The notes under the pieces: generated by a model
Seen by the model: the letters and a program-made list of their open reading frames with translations, nothing else
Database searches by the model: none
Told to the model about the DNA's origin: nothing
Part shown: piece after piece, positions 49,213-57,886 of the stretch
How the letters are laid out: every line of letters begins with the position of its first letter
Numbering within the stretch: position 1 is the first letter of the stretch
Position numbers and translations under genes: made by a program
Source: a virus
Taxonomy: Duplodnaviria > Caudoviricetes
Virus record (IMG/VR): IMGVR_UViG_645948442_000001
Location: 32,001 to 96,000 of that record
Strand: one strand, 5' to 3'
DNA: 64,000 nt

Positions 49213-49487
49213 ACAAGCGCAAGATGCGGACTGGAGAACAGGGCATCTATGTCGGTCGACCCAGCAGATGGGGCAACTACCCTGGCGAGGGTTACGACAG
49301 ACAGGAAGCCGTCGAGCGATTCAGACGCTTCTGCAGCGAGAACGCAGCATTCAGAGAAGCCATCAAGGCTGAGCTCAAAGGCAAGAATCTGATATGCTGG
49401 TGCGCCCCTGCGTATTGCCATGCCGAGGTGTTGCTTGAGATCGCAAACGATCTGCCGCCTAGGGGGCTGGGAGCATTCTTCACATGA
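49188..49487 (+). CDS. DUF4326-family protein
   Basis: IYVGRPSRWGN, ELKGKNLICWCAP..CHAEVL. Confidence 0.88.
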   Translation: MESRPRVLNKRKMRTGEQGIYVGRPSRWGNYPGEGYDRQEAVERFRRFCSENAAFREAIKAELKGKNLICWCAPAYCHAEVLLEIANDLPPRGLGAFFT

Positions 49488-49993
49488 TAGACAACTTCAA
49501 GACGCCAGAGACAGAGTGGCTTAGCAACATGTACCCGTGTAGGGTTCTGTATGAGGGCGTGGTCTACCCATCAGCCGAGCACGCCTATGCCGCCCAGAAA
49601 GCAGTTGACTGGCTGGATCGTGAAGAGATTGCTCAGGCCAAGACCGGCTACTTGGCCAAGCAGATGGGTGCGGCAGTCCAGAAGAGGGCTGACTGGGATC
49701 AGGTGAAGATGCGGGTCATGTTGGAAGTGCTGCGGGCCAAATTCTTCAACAACGATTTTCTGGGGGACAAACTGCTGGCCACCGGATCGCAGGAACTGGT
49801 TGAAGGCAATTGGTGGCACGACACTTTCTGGGGTGTCTGTGAAGGAGTGGGCGAGAATCATCTGGGCAAGCTGCTCATGCAGGTGAGGAGGGAGCTAGAA
49901 GCAAGGCGCTTGTACCAAGGCCTGAACCCTGTGATGCAAGCTGTCTTCCTGGCATCTACGTCTGACGCTGAATTCAAGGAAGCCTTGCTGTAA
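49484..49993 (+). CDS. NADAR (YbiA-like) family hydrolase
   Basis: LSNMY, SAEHAY.AQK, LRAKF, LVEGNWWHDTFWG, NHLGKLLM. Confidence 0.92.
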   Translation: MIDNFKTPETEWLSNMYPCRVLYEGVVYPSAEHAYAAQKAVDWLDREEIAQAKTGYLAKQMGAAVQKRADWDQVKMRVMLEVLRAKFFNNDFLGDKLLATGSQELVEGNWWHDTFWGVCEGVGENHLGKLLMQVRRELEARRLYQGLNPVMQAVFLASTSDAEFKEALL

Positions 49994-50031
49994 TAACCAC
50001 TCAACCCGATACGATAAATCCGGGTTGATAT

Positions 50032-50060
50032 TTTCAGGTTATACTTCCCTCACCTTCAAC
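50032..50060 (+). repeat. 29-bp exact promoter/leader repeat (copy at 58667-58695)
   Basis: TTTCAGGTTATACTTCCCTCACCTTCAAC twice. Confidence 0.85.
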
Positions 50061-50078
50061 AAACACAGTGAGTCTCAA

Positions 50079-50426
50079 ATGCCCAAGCTGATCACCTTTA
50101 AGCAAGTTCTGTCCAACCGCAGCCTGAGCGCGGCCATCCAAGCCGGATTTGTGAATGGCGGCCTACAAGTAGAAGTCCGAGTGCTGCGCGCCGACAGCGA
50201 TGACGACGGCGTCTGGGACGCATGGTACAAAATCGAGAACGGTCTCATGGTCGTCGAAGGGTCCAGCGGACCTTCCGGTTCCGGCGATGACCTGCGAGTG
50301 GTGCTCAGCCCGGAAGGCTCTGTGATCAAGGAACTGTCCTCTGCTGGCGGCTGGGAGCCTGTGGGTCTGATCATCCAGGGTGATCAGACAGCCGTCGCTA
50401 TGATCGAAGCCATCCTCGCCGCCTAA
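50079..50426 (+). CDS. hypothetical protein
   Basis: ORF after early promoter. Confidence 0.7.
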   Translation: MPKLITFKQVLSNRSLSAAIQAGFVNGGLQVEVRVLRADSDDDGVWDAWYKIENGLMVVEGSSGPSGSGDDLRVVLSPEGSVIKELSSAGGWEPVGLIIQGDQTAVAMIEAILAA

Positions 50427-50465
50427 CAACCCAGGGGCTCCGGCCCCGCTCATCACGTACACATC

Positions 50466-51188
50466 ATGAATCACTCCAAGATCATCTTCGCCGCGATCGA
50501 ACCCTCCTTCATGCCCACTCTGCTGGAAATGCTGATCACTCTCCGCGATCAGGGGCCTTTGCTGCGTTTCCGCGACGGCATCTGCGGCCAGCTGGACTTG
50601 CTCTCGGGCACCTTGGATTGCTCTGCCTGGGAGCACTTCAGCGGCGACAACCTGTTCCCTGTCCCATCCCAGAACAAGAAGCAGACCCACGAGGATGCCT
50701 TCAAGAACAATGATCTGTGGACCAAGCGCACGGCCTACGGGCGCCTGCGCTGGAAGCTACTGGACTGGCTCATCGAGCAGGCCCAGATGTGGACGGAAGA
50801 CAAGCCCAAGGGTGCCGTCTATGTCGACAAGCACGTCACCGTGTTCGAGGACGCGGACTTCCTGCCCGTGGACAACGCCTATCGCAAGATCAACGTCAAG
50901 GAAGCCCTCCTGCGCGAGGAGACCAGGTTGTTGGGGTTGCTTGAAGACACCACTCTGCTCTACCCGGTACACACCAGTTTCCCCTGGCTGCTCGACCTTC
51001 ACAACATCAACTGGTCGAAGGCACCCCATTCCGGCGGCAAGCGCAACCGCCCATTCCTTCATCGCAAGCTGAATCGCAAGATCAACTTGCGTGATAACCG
51101 CCAGGTCGACACCCTGAACTGGCTCATCGGCGAACTGGGCAAGCAGATCGCCATTCTCAATCTCCGCAGCATAGAAAGCAGCAATTGA
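50466..51188 (+). CDS. hypothetical protein, SG..[FY]PV/YG..R family
   Basis: GICG..WEHFSGDNLFPVP..AYGRLR. Confidence 0.75.
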   Translation: MNHSKIIFAAIEPSFMPTLLEMLITLRDQGPLLRFRDGICGQLDLLSGTLDCSAWEHFSGDNLFPVPSQNKKQTHEDAFKNNDLWTKRTAYGRLRWKLLDWLIEQAQMWTEDKPKGAVYVDKHVTVFEDADFLPVDNAYRKINVKEALLREETRLLGLLEDTTLLYPVHTSFPWLLDLHNINWSKAPHSGGKRNRPFLHRKLNRKINLRDNRQVDTLNWLIGELGKQIAILNLRSIESSN

Positions 51189-51604
51189 CTCAAATCAATC
51201 GATACCACCAGGCCCTCCGTGACATCGCCGACGGCAAGAACATGCAAATCCGCACCAACAGCAAGTGGCATGACACTAGCGCCAATGGTGCGTTGAACGC
51301 CATCCAGAACGACATCGGCGTCACGAACATCCGCGTTCGCCCGACCTTGGCCAAGGTGGGCAACAGCTCCTTGGCCAAAACCTGGCCCGCTGGTGAACCG
51401 AACCCTGTGATCGGCCAGTTCTACCACGTGCCCAGCATCTACAACGGCTCTGTCGTGCAAGTCGGATACAACGAGTCCGTTTTGCACACCAATCTGGCGG
51501 CCGCAGGCATGTTCCACGATTCCCAGGCTTCTGCTGAAGAGCACCTGGATGCTCTGATGGAAATCAGCCTGGCGGCCAACCAGAATCTGGTGGGGGTGGA
51601 CTGA
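51185..51604 (+). CDS. hypothetical protein
   Basis: Coupled ORF, TTG start. Confidence 0.65.
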   Translation: MTQINRYHQALRDIADGKNMQIRTNSKWHDTSANGALNAIQNDIGVTNIRVRPTLAKVGNSSLAKTWPAGEPNPVIGQFYHVPSIYNGSVVQVGYNESVLHTNLAAAGMFHDSQASAEEHLDALMEISLAANQNLVGVD

Positions 51605-51900
51605 TGATCCTGTTGAAGAAGGTCATCTGGAACCCGATGGCACTGGAGTGGTTCAAGTGGGGTGAAGAGCAAACCCTGGACGGCCTGGTGCGTCGTACCT
51701 CCTACCAGGAAGTGTTCGCCCTGCTGGACACCTGCGGATGCTCTCGCCATGAGCCCTACTGGACCAGCATGGTCATGGGCGTGATCGAGACAGACAACGG
51801 CAACCTGGTCGTCTGGCCCAACAGCGTGATTCTGTTCACCGACCTGGGAGTATTCATCGAGCAACCGAAAGGCAACAATGGCGTTTCTGAAGGCAACTGA
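51604..51900 (+). CDS. hypothetical protein
   Basis: TGATG-coupled ORF. Confidence 0.65.
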   Translation: MILLKKVIWNPMALEWFKWGEEQTLDGLVRRTSYQEVFALLDTCGCSRHEPYWTSMVMGVIETDNGNLVVWPNSVILFTDLGVFIEQPKGNNGVSEGN

Positions 51901-52270
51901 ACGGCCTGTCTCGTTCCAATACGGCAAGCCACCCCATCGTGGTTGGTGGTACGCCCGCTACCACACCATGGATGACGTGTCGGTTGTCGGTTGGCGTTGG
52001 TGGGATGGCGAGAATTGGGGCTGGTGGCGTGGCGAAGACAGTGAATTCGGCCTCCCGTCTGGATGTGTTGCGCCCAAGGATCACGTCCTGATTGAACAAC
52101 GCATCACCCACGGGCGTCGAGACTGCATCAGCTGGTCCTGGCACTGGCCTGGTAACGCAACCCAGGCCCGGGTCAACCCCGACACCATGGAGTGTACCGG
52201 CTCCGGCCCCGAACCCGACATCGATGTGCTGATTGCCATCGATGAATTCCGACTCAAGCAGTACTGGTGA
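51878..52270 (+). CDS. Trp-rich hypothetical protein
   Basis: KPP..GWW, RWWDG.NW. Confidence 0.65.
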   Translation: MAFLKATERPVSFQYGKPPHRGWWYARYHTMDDVSVVGWRWWDGENWGWWRGEDSEFGLPSGCVAPKDHVLIEQRITHGRRDCISWSWHWPGNATQARVNPDTMECTGSGPEPDIDVLIAIDEFRLKQYW

Positions 52271-52274
52271 ACAA

Positions 52275-52583
52275 ATGGAAGAATCGCAACTGGGCCCATT
52301 CATGGGCGAAATCGCAGAAGAACGCAAGGCCGCGAAGCAGTCTATCCTCCAGGCCGAGCGCGGCCGCATGATGATCGACAACCGGGCGGTCAATGTCATG
52401 GCCCTGGCCATGAAGCGCAAGCTCCGTGAGAAGCGCATCGAAGGCCGCACTGGTTGGGAGACTGCCACGGCGGAGTACCTGTCTATCCTGCTGCGTCAGT
52501 CTCTGGCCAAGGGCGATCTGGTGAGTGTGGCCAACTACGCTGCTTTCATGAACAAGCTCGGGCAGCAGTACGTCCCGGAATAG
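52275..52583 (+). CDS. hypothetical helical protein
   Basis: AMKRKL..GR.GW..KGDLVSVANY. Confidence 0.7.
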   Translation: MEESQLGPFMGEIAEERKAAKQSILQAERGRMMIDNRAVNVMALAMKRKLREKRIEGRTGWETATAEYLSILLRQSLAKGDLVSVANYAAFMNKLGQQYVPE

Positions 52584-52668
52584 CCCCTCGTCTTGGTTGG
52601 GTATTTTCTCAGTTGAACTTTTCAGGTTATAATTGAGGCATCCCAACCAAGACACCAAGGAGTCCCAA

Positions 52669-53028
52669 ATGACCGAAATGACCGCAATGCAACTGGTTCA
52701 ACGCAGCCTGAAGCGCAAGGTTGAAGCCAACGACAAGATCATCGCCAAGCTGTCCGCCGATCTGCTCAAGGATGCCGACTACCACATGCGTTGGGCCGAC
52801 AGCGCGATGGAAGCGGCAGCCTTCAACCGAGTGGCCAAGGAACTGCTCTCTCGAATGGAGGAACCTGACAACAAGGTCACCATCGAGAATGCTCTTGAGT
52901 ATTACTCTCGCGCCCGTGACGTCGCCGTCCTCGGGCTGACCAGCCAGTCCACTTCCCAGTGCACCAACGCGATGAACATGTTCCGCCTGGCTGCTATGGG
53001 GCAGATCATCGAATTGCTCCAAGGATGA
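52669..53028 (+). CDS. hypothetical protein
   Basis: Promoter TTCAGGTTATAAT, AAGGAG RBS. Confidence 0.75.
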   Translation: MTEMTAMQLVQRSLKRKVEANDKIIAKLSADLLKDADYHMRWADSAMEAAAFNRVAKELLSRMEEPDNKVTIENALEYYSRARDVAVLGLTSQSTSQCTNAMNMFRLAAMGQIIELLQG

Positions 53029-53441
53029 AGTACATCGCCCTTGCGGCCGTGGCCCTGTTGATCGGGGCCCACGAGCTATCCCATGCGCATGGTAGCTCCC
53101 ATGCCACCAGCAACCGCCTCCGCGAGGAGGCTTTGGACCGCAAGGTTCAACAACGCCAGGAGGCTACGCCCATCCTGACGGCCGACCAAGCCATTGGTTT
53201 CACCAACTTTGACGTCAAGCAGTGGTCGCGCCGCCCCAACGGGTCCATGACCGTATGTGTGCCTCGACAGTGGTACCAAGGTCGCCCCACATATGGGGTG
53301 TGCCGAGGGCCCAAGGAAGATGCCCCAACGGGAGACTACAAGTGGGTGTCAGTGATCCACGGTGTTCCTGCCGGTCGTACCTTCTATGGCCAGCGCATCG
53401 GAGGTCGCTACGACAACCGGCTTGACGTCTGGTGGAAATAA
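53025..53441 (+). CDS. small exported protein (paralog family)
   Basis: Signal peptide MKYIALAAVALL; W..VC..C..P.G..LDVWWK. Confidence 0.7.
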   Translation: MKYIALAAVALLIGAHELSHAHGSSHATSNRLREEALDRKVQQRQEATPILTADQAIGFTNFDVKQWSRRPNGSMTVCVPRQWYQGRPTYGVCRGPKEDAPTGDYKWVSVIHGVPAGRTFYGQRIGGRYDNRLDVWWK

Positions 53442-53502
53442 CATATTCCCCGTAAGGTCAATATTTGAGGTTATAATTCCTCTCACTGATCAACTGGAGA
53501 AT

Positions 53503-53781
53503 ATGATGAAAGCCCCCGCCCACTACAACACCATCGACAATGCCATCGCAGCTTGGAATGCTGGCGACCAACGCAAGGCCATCAGCATGGTGGGTCGCAT
53601 GAAGTTGACAGAACGCAGCGGTCTGACGGCTGGGGAGATCAAGACCCTGACCGTGGCCAGCAACTTCATGAACGGCATGGGCCGCATGTGGGCGCAGATG
53701 GGCTGGGATGAAGATGAAACCATCGCTAAGGCCAAGGGCATATTTATCCACCATTTCATGGCCAAGCAGGCCAAGGGTTGA
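53503..53781 (+). CDS. hypothetical protein
   Basis: Promoter GAGGTTATAAT, GGAG RBS. Confidence 0.7.
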   Translation: MMKAPAHYNTIDNAIAAWNAGDQRKAISMVGRMKLTERSGLTAGEIKTLTVASNFMNGMGRMWAQMGWDEDETIAKAKGIFIHHFMAKQAKG

Positions 53782-53892
53782 CCAGTGGTGTGGCTGCTGG
53801 TTACGGCCAAGAAATCACCCTGTAAATACCAGGGTTACAACAACACTGCCTGAATCGTCCGTGATGATTCAGGCAGTAACTTTGAGGACATC

Positions 53893-54825
53893 ATGAAACA
53901 TTCGTATCGCGCCGATGAACCCCTGTGGCTCAACTACACTGAAGCCATCAGCAAGACCTGGGACATCGATCCCACATACAACGCTATCCACGGCGCGATG
54001 AAGGACATGGGTGAGGCCAAGACCCACCGTGTGCTGGCTGGCATGGCTCTGTATTACCACTTGGGCTTCAGCTGCCAGCTGGCAGAACAGTCCACAGACG
54101 AGAATTTCTGGGATGTGCTGGGCAACAACTACGAAGGCACCAAGCGCGGCACCGAGCGTCGCTACTTCCGTGGTGAGCAAGGGCGGGCCAGCCTGAAGTA
54201 CATCAAGGACAACTACAAGACCCCCACAGACTTCCTGCTGGGTCTGCATCGGGACAAATACAGCGATCTGCTCAAGGCATTCGGGCCTGTCCCGGCCTTC
54301 GGCCCCTACTTCGTCTGGAAGATGGGGGACATCTACGACCGCATCCTGGGCATGCCCATCCAGGCCGACAACTGCATCGAACACCTCCCATCCGAGCCTT
54401 TCAAGGGCATGGAGTTGGTGCGCAAGGAGATGATCGCCAGGGGAGACGCATCCTTCGCTGACTACACCCCACAGCAGATGTTCGAATACATGGAGTCACA
54501 AACAAACAAGCTGGGTCTGATCGCCCCGCCTGCCGGGGACCGCCTGCTGGACATCCGCGAGATCGAGACAGCCATGTGCGGCCTCAAGCACTTCTACACG
54601 GGCACGGACTACGTGGGCAAGGACCTGGTCAAGCACTCCGAGTCCCTGCTGGGCTATGGTGAGACCGCTGACCTGCTGCGTTCTCACATGCCTCCTGTGA
54701 TCGCTCGGGACTACTTCATGGCCCCCGCCAGCGTCATCAAGCTGCATGGGCCCAATCGCAAGATCGACGAGGAGGGTTCCAACCCCATCGTCAAGACGAC
54801 TGGTCTGGGTTCCTTCTTCAGATGA
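53893..54825 (+). CDS. amino acid/amine:DNA transferase (aGPT-Pplase2/ADDT family)
   Basis: DIDPTY, RGTERRYFRG, FGPYFVWKMGD, EIETAMCGLK. Confidence 0.82.
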   Translation: MKHSYRADEPLWLNYTEAISKTWDIDPTYNAIHGAMKDMGEAKTHRVLAGMALYYHLGFSCQLAEQSTDENFWDVLGNNYEGTKRGTERRYFRGEQGRASLKYIKDNYKTPTDFLLGLHRDKYSDLLKAFGPVPAFGPYFVWKMGDIYDRILGMPIQADNCIEHLPSEPFKGMELVRKEMIARGDASFADYTPQQMFEYMESQTNKLGLIAPPAGDRLLDIREIETAMCGLKHFYTGTDYVGKDLVKHSESLLGYGETADLLRSHMPPVIARDYFMAPASVIKLHGPNRKIDEEGSNPIVKTTGLGSFFR

Positions 54826-54913
54826 TCAAAGCCCCTCCAAACCGGAGGGGCTTTTGTTTGTGCAAACTCTCAGGCTATAATTGAGTCCATCAACAACATC
54901 ACTGGAGAATCTC

Positions 54914-55243
54914 ATGAAATCCATCTATGCTCTGATCGCCATCGCATTTGCAGGTGTGCTGTACCAGGCCGAATCGCAGGCCCAGGCGCAGGGCTCAGTG
55001 CGTCCGTCCATGTACATGGACGACACCCGCGCTGGCCTGGTGGACCCTGCACGCCAGGCCAAGGTGTATCGTTTTGACCAGTGGTACAACCTCAATGGTG
55101 AGATGGTGGTGTGCGCCGACAACAAGAAATCATTGTGCGTCGAGGTGGCTGACTCCATCCCGAAGGGGTACACATACCTTGGTTTCCAAATCAAGGATCA
55201 GGGCATGCTGGTCGTCTACATGACCAAGAAGGTGAATCGGTGA
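54914..55243 (+). CDS. small exported protein (paralog family)
   Basis: Signal peptide; QW..NG.MVVC..C..IPKG. Confidence 0.7.
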   Translation: MKSIYALIAIAFAGVLYQAESQAQAQGSVRPSMYMDDTRAGLVDPARQAKVYRFDQWYNLNGEMVVCADNKKSLCVEVADSIPKGYTYLGFQIKDQGMLVVYMTKKVNR

Positions 55244-55518
55244 AAACTTTCTTCAGCTCTTTGCTCAGCGCCATGCTGGGTATCATCATCTACACTTCTA
55301 TCCAGAGACATCCCACGCCACAACCAACCCAACACATCGTCATGACCGTCCCAGAGGCGGACTGGCGACTGAATGTGCAGACCCAGGAGCATGAGATTTG
55401 CAACAAGTCTCTCTATGGCTGCATATGGACGCCCGTCCAACAATTCCCTTCCCCTGGCACTCAAGTGTTGTCGGTGAAGGTCATCAATCAAAATCAACTT
55501 CAGGTGACATGGAAATGA
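55240..55518 (+). CDS. small exported/membrane-anchored protein (paralog family)
   Basis: N-terminal hydrophobic segment; W..IC..CIW..PG..LQVTWK. Confidence 0.65.
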   Translation: MKTFFSSLLSAMLGIIIYTSIQRHPTPQPTQHIVMTVPEADWRLNVQTQEHEICNKSLYGCIWTPVQQFPSPGTQVLSVKVINQNQLQVTWK

Positions 55519-56282
55519 GCACTCAGCAACTTCAAGACATCATGGGCCTGTTCCGCTCCAAGATCAAGGGCGAGATCACCATGATCAACCTGTACGGCTC
55601 CCAGGTGCGCGGCTACGGCCTGCCCACCAGTGACGTGGATGCGTTCATCGTGTACCACAACACCAGCCCCTCCATCCTGCGTGACAAGGGGGTCCACCAC
55701 TTCGTCGAGGGCAACATCGATGTCACGGCTGTGGAGTTCAGCGAGTACCTGAGACGCATGGCTGCTTGCGACCCCCACATCGTCCTGGGTTCCATGGGCA
55801 GACCCTTGCTGATCGAGGACTCGATGGTCAACCTGCGCAAGGACGTGAACAAGGCAGTGACCTCGACTGGCGCCGTCGATCTGGGCAACAAGCTGCTGTC
55901 TCGTATCAAGGCCATGTACGAGTTCGGCAACGAAAAGCGGCCTTCCCTGAAGGATGACATCTTCTGCACCTACGCCCTGGGATTCGTCGAAAAGATGATC
56001 AAGGCCCCCGAAGGACTGGAGGATCTCCCGACCATCACCAGCGGCCACCCGGTCGTGCAGTCCTACGTCAACGAGCTGACCTGGGGCAACCGTCTGCTGA
56101 TGACAGAGGATCAGATGGACATGTTGGCTGGTCACTCCGTCAATGTCAAGGCTGATCTGAACAAGCGTAGTCACCCGACAGTCATCCAGGGCAAGGGCCA
56201 CAAGCAGCATGAAGGCGACGAGACCGACCTGACCATCGAGATCGGTCTGGCTGCTGAACGCCACTGGGAGGAGTGGGTGTGA
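55515..56282 (+). CDS. Pol-beta-superfamily nucleotidyltransferase
   Basis: LYGSQVRG..SDVD and a downstream Asp (IDVT). Confidence 0.8.
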   Translation: MSTQQLQDIMGLFRSKIKGEITMINLYGSQVRGYGLPTSDVDAFIVYHNTSPSILRDKGVHHFVEGNIDVTAVEFSEYLRRMAACDPHIVLGSMGRPLLIEDSMVNLRKDVNKAVTSTGAVDLGNKLLSRIKAMYEFGNEKRPSLKDDIFCTYALGFVEKMIKAPEGLEDLPTITSGHPVVQSYVNELTWGNRLLMTEDQMDMLAGHSVNVKADLNKRSHPTVIQGKGHKQHEGDETDLTIEIGLAAERHWEEWV

Positions 56283-56521
56283 AGAACCTGTATCTGTTGC
56301 TGGCTGCGGTCTCCTTTGTAGCCTTCTGTTACCCATTGATGGTCGGCATCTCCTGGACGTTCGAAGAGGGCGAGGGGGAGGAAACGCCATGGCACCGCAG
56401 ATGGTACGTCATGTGGCCTTGCGCAGCCCTTTGCGTGGCCTTGACTATCAAGTGTCTCGGGGCCTCCTCGGACATCGAGCACTACTATCCGCAGCCAACA
56501 CAAGAGGCTGACCCATCATGA
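56279..56521 (+). CDS. small two-TM membrane protein
   Basis: Two hydrophobic segments. Confidence 0.6.
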   Translation: MKNLYLLLAAVSFVAFCYPLMVGISWTFEEGEGEETPWHRRWYVMWPCAALCVALTIKCLGASSDIEHYYPQPTQEADPS

Positions 56522-56571
56522 ACAAAGCCCCTCCTTGCGAGGGGCTTTTGCTTTGGGGCTATAATCTCGGC

Positions 56572-56913
56572 ATGAAGACCAAGACACTCACCAAGAAACA
56601 GCAGGCCGCAAAGGCCGAATGGGAAGCCATCCTCGCCAAGCACTCTAAGCCCCTTGAACGCGGGGCCAAGGCTAAGGGCATCAAAGTGGTCAAACCCAAG
56701 ACCGAGCCCTATATCCCCACTGTGATGTTGGACCCTCGTAGAGACTTGAGCAGACTCCCCAGCAGGGTGACTCCGGGAGGGGATGCCACCAAGCCCGAGC
56801 CGGTCAAGTACACAGGCACCCTCATCAAGGGAATAGCCACCATGCACAAGTCCAACGCTGTGCCTGTGCTGAACGATGAAGAAGCCAAAAGCATCTCAAG
56901 CATGCGCCGCTGA
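56572..56913 (+). CDS. basic hypothetical protein of T4-like phages
   Basis: YTG..KGIATMHKSNAVPV motif. Confidence 0.75.
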   Translation: MKTKTLTKKQQAAKAEWEAILAKHSKPLERGAKAKGIKVVKPKTEPYIPTVMLDPRRDLSRLPSRVTPGGDATKPEPVKYTGTLIKGIATMHKSNAVPVLNDEEAKSISSMRR

Positions 56914-56936
56914 CTGGATTCAGGGTATAATTCGTC

Positions 56937-57263
56937 ATGATCAAAATCGCACCCCAAACAGACATGAACAAGATCAGCGCCATGTGCCTGGTCGCCCACA
57001 AGCTGACGAGGCTGTCCAAGTTATGGTCTCACGAACACGGCCATGGTCCAGTGTCCGCTTCCATGACAGTCTCCGTGGAGCTCATCCGTTCCGCTGGCCC
57101 TGATCAGCTGGTGAAGTGGTACGATGACTTCATGGCTTCGGTCCAACGGGAGGAAGAGGAACTCAAGGAGTTGGTGGCCAACCCAGAACCCCTTCCTCCT
57201 CTGGTGGACATGATTGATCAAGACAACCACGACATACTCGTAACAAGGGAGAAAGATGTCTGA
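56937..57263 (+). CDS. hypothetical protein
   Basis: ATG 5 nt after TATAAT. Confidence 0.65.
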   Translation: MIKIAPQTDMNKISAMCLVAHKLTRLSKLWSHEHGHGPVSASMTVSVELIRSAGPDQLVKWYDDFMASVQREEEELKELVANPEPLPPLVDMIDQDNHDILVTREKDV

Positions 57264-57639
57264 AACGATGTCCGAGCAAGAGAGGGAATACCTCAACTTC
57301 CTCCAAAGCTGGCTGCACTGGCGCCGCATCAAACCTGCTGGTGGTTCCGAGAGGCCCGCCACCCCATTCAGCAGGTCTTCGACCCTACAGGAGAACGCAT
57401 TCTGGTGGGCAAACAACCGCAGGCTCAAAGACCCCTACATGGTCCACAAGTTCATCGAACGCAGGTTCGAGCAGTGCGGCCTGAAGCTGATCTACACATT
57501 CGACAAGGACTTGTATCGTCACTGGGAGGATGTGAGACTCAAGCGGCTGTGGCTGAATCAGGCCCAACTCGAATGGGTTGAAAGCGAAGTGACCAGGCTG
57601 GGTGGCGTGGTCCCCAAAGGCAGGGTGTTCAAGGATTGA
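57256..57639 (+). CDS. hypothetical protein
   Basis: GGAG RBS, overlapping ORF. Confidence 0.65.
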   Translation: MSETMSEQEREYLNFLQSWLHWRRIKPAGGSERPATPFSRSSTLQENAFWWANNRRLKDPYMVHKFIERRFEQCGLKLIYTFDKDLYRHWEDVRLKRLWLNQAQLEWVESEVTRLGGVVPKGRVFKD

Positions 57640-57640
57640 A

Positions 57641-57886
57641 ATGGCACGCAAGAAGAACTACATGAAGGCTTGGGCCTCCTACGCCCACAAGAACTACATC
57701 TGTCACCGCGATGTGGCTCACCCAACCCTGACCCTCCGTCAGCGTCTGCTGATGGATGACTACGACATCAAGGAGATGGCCAAGTGGGTTGAGAAGGAAC
57801 TGGGCAAGCCGGTCCCCGACCAAACCTGCTTGGACTGGAAGACCGTCCAGGATGTGGTGGAGTACATGGAGGACAACAGACCATGA
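57641..57886 (+). CDS. acyl carrier protein-like protein lacking the phosphopantetheine Ser
   Basis: LLMDDYDIKEMAKWVEKELGKPVPDQTCLDWKTVQDVVEYM aligns without gaps to ACP helices II-IV. Confidence 0.7.
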   Translation: MARKKNYMKAWASYAHKNYICHRDVAHPTLTLRQRLLMDDYDIKEMAKWVEKELGKPVPDQTCLDWKTVQDVVEYMEDNRP

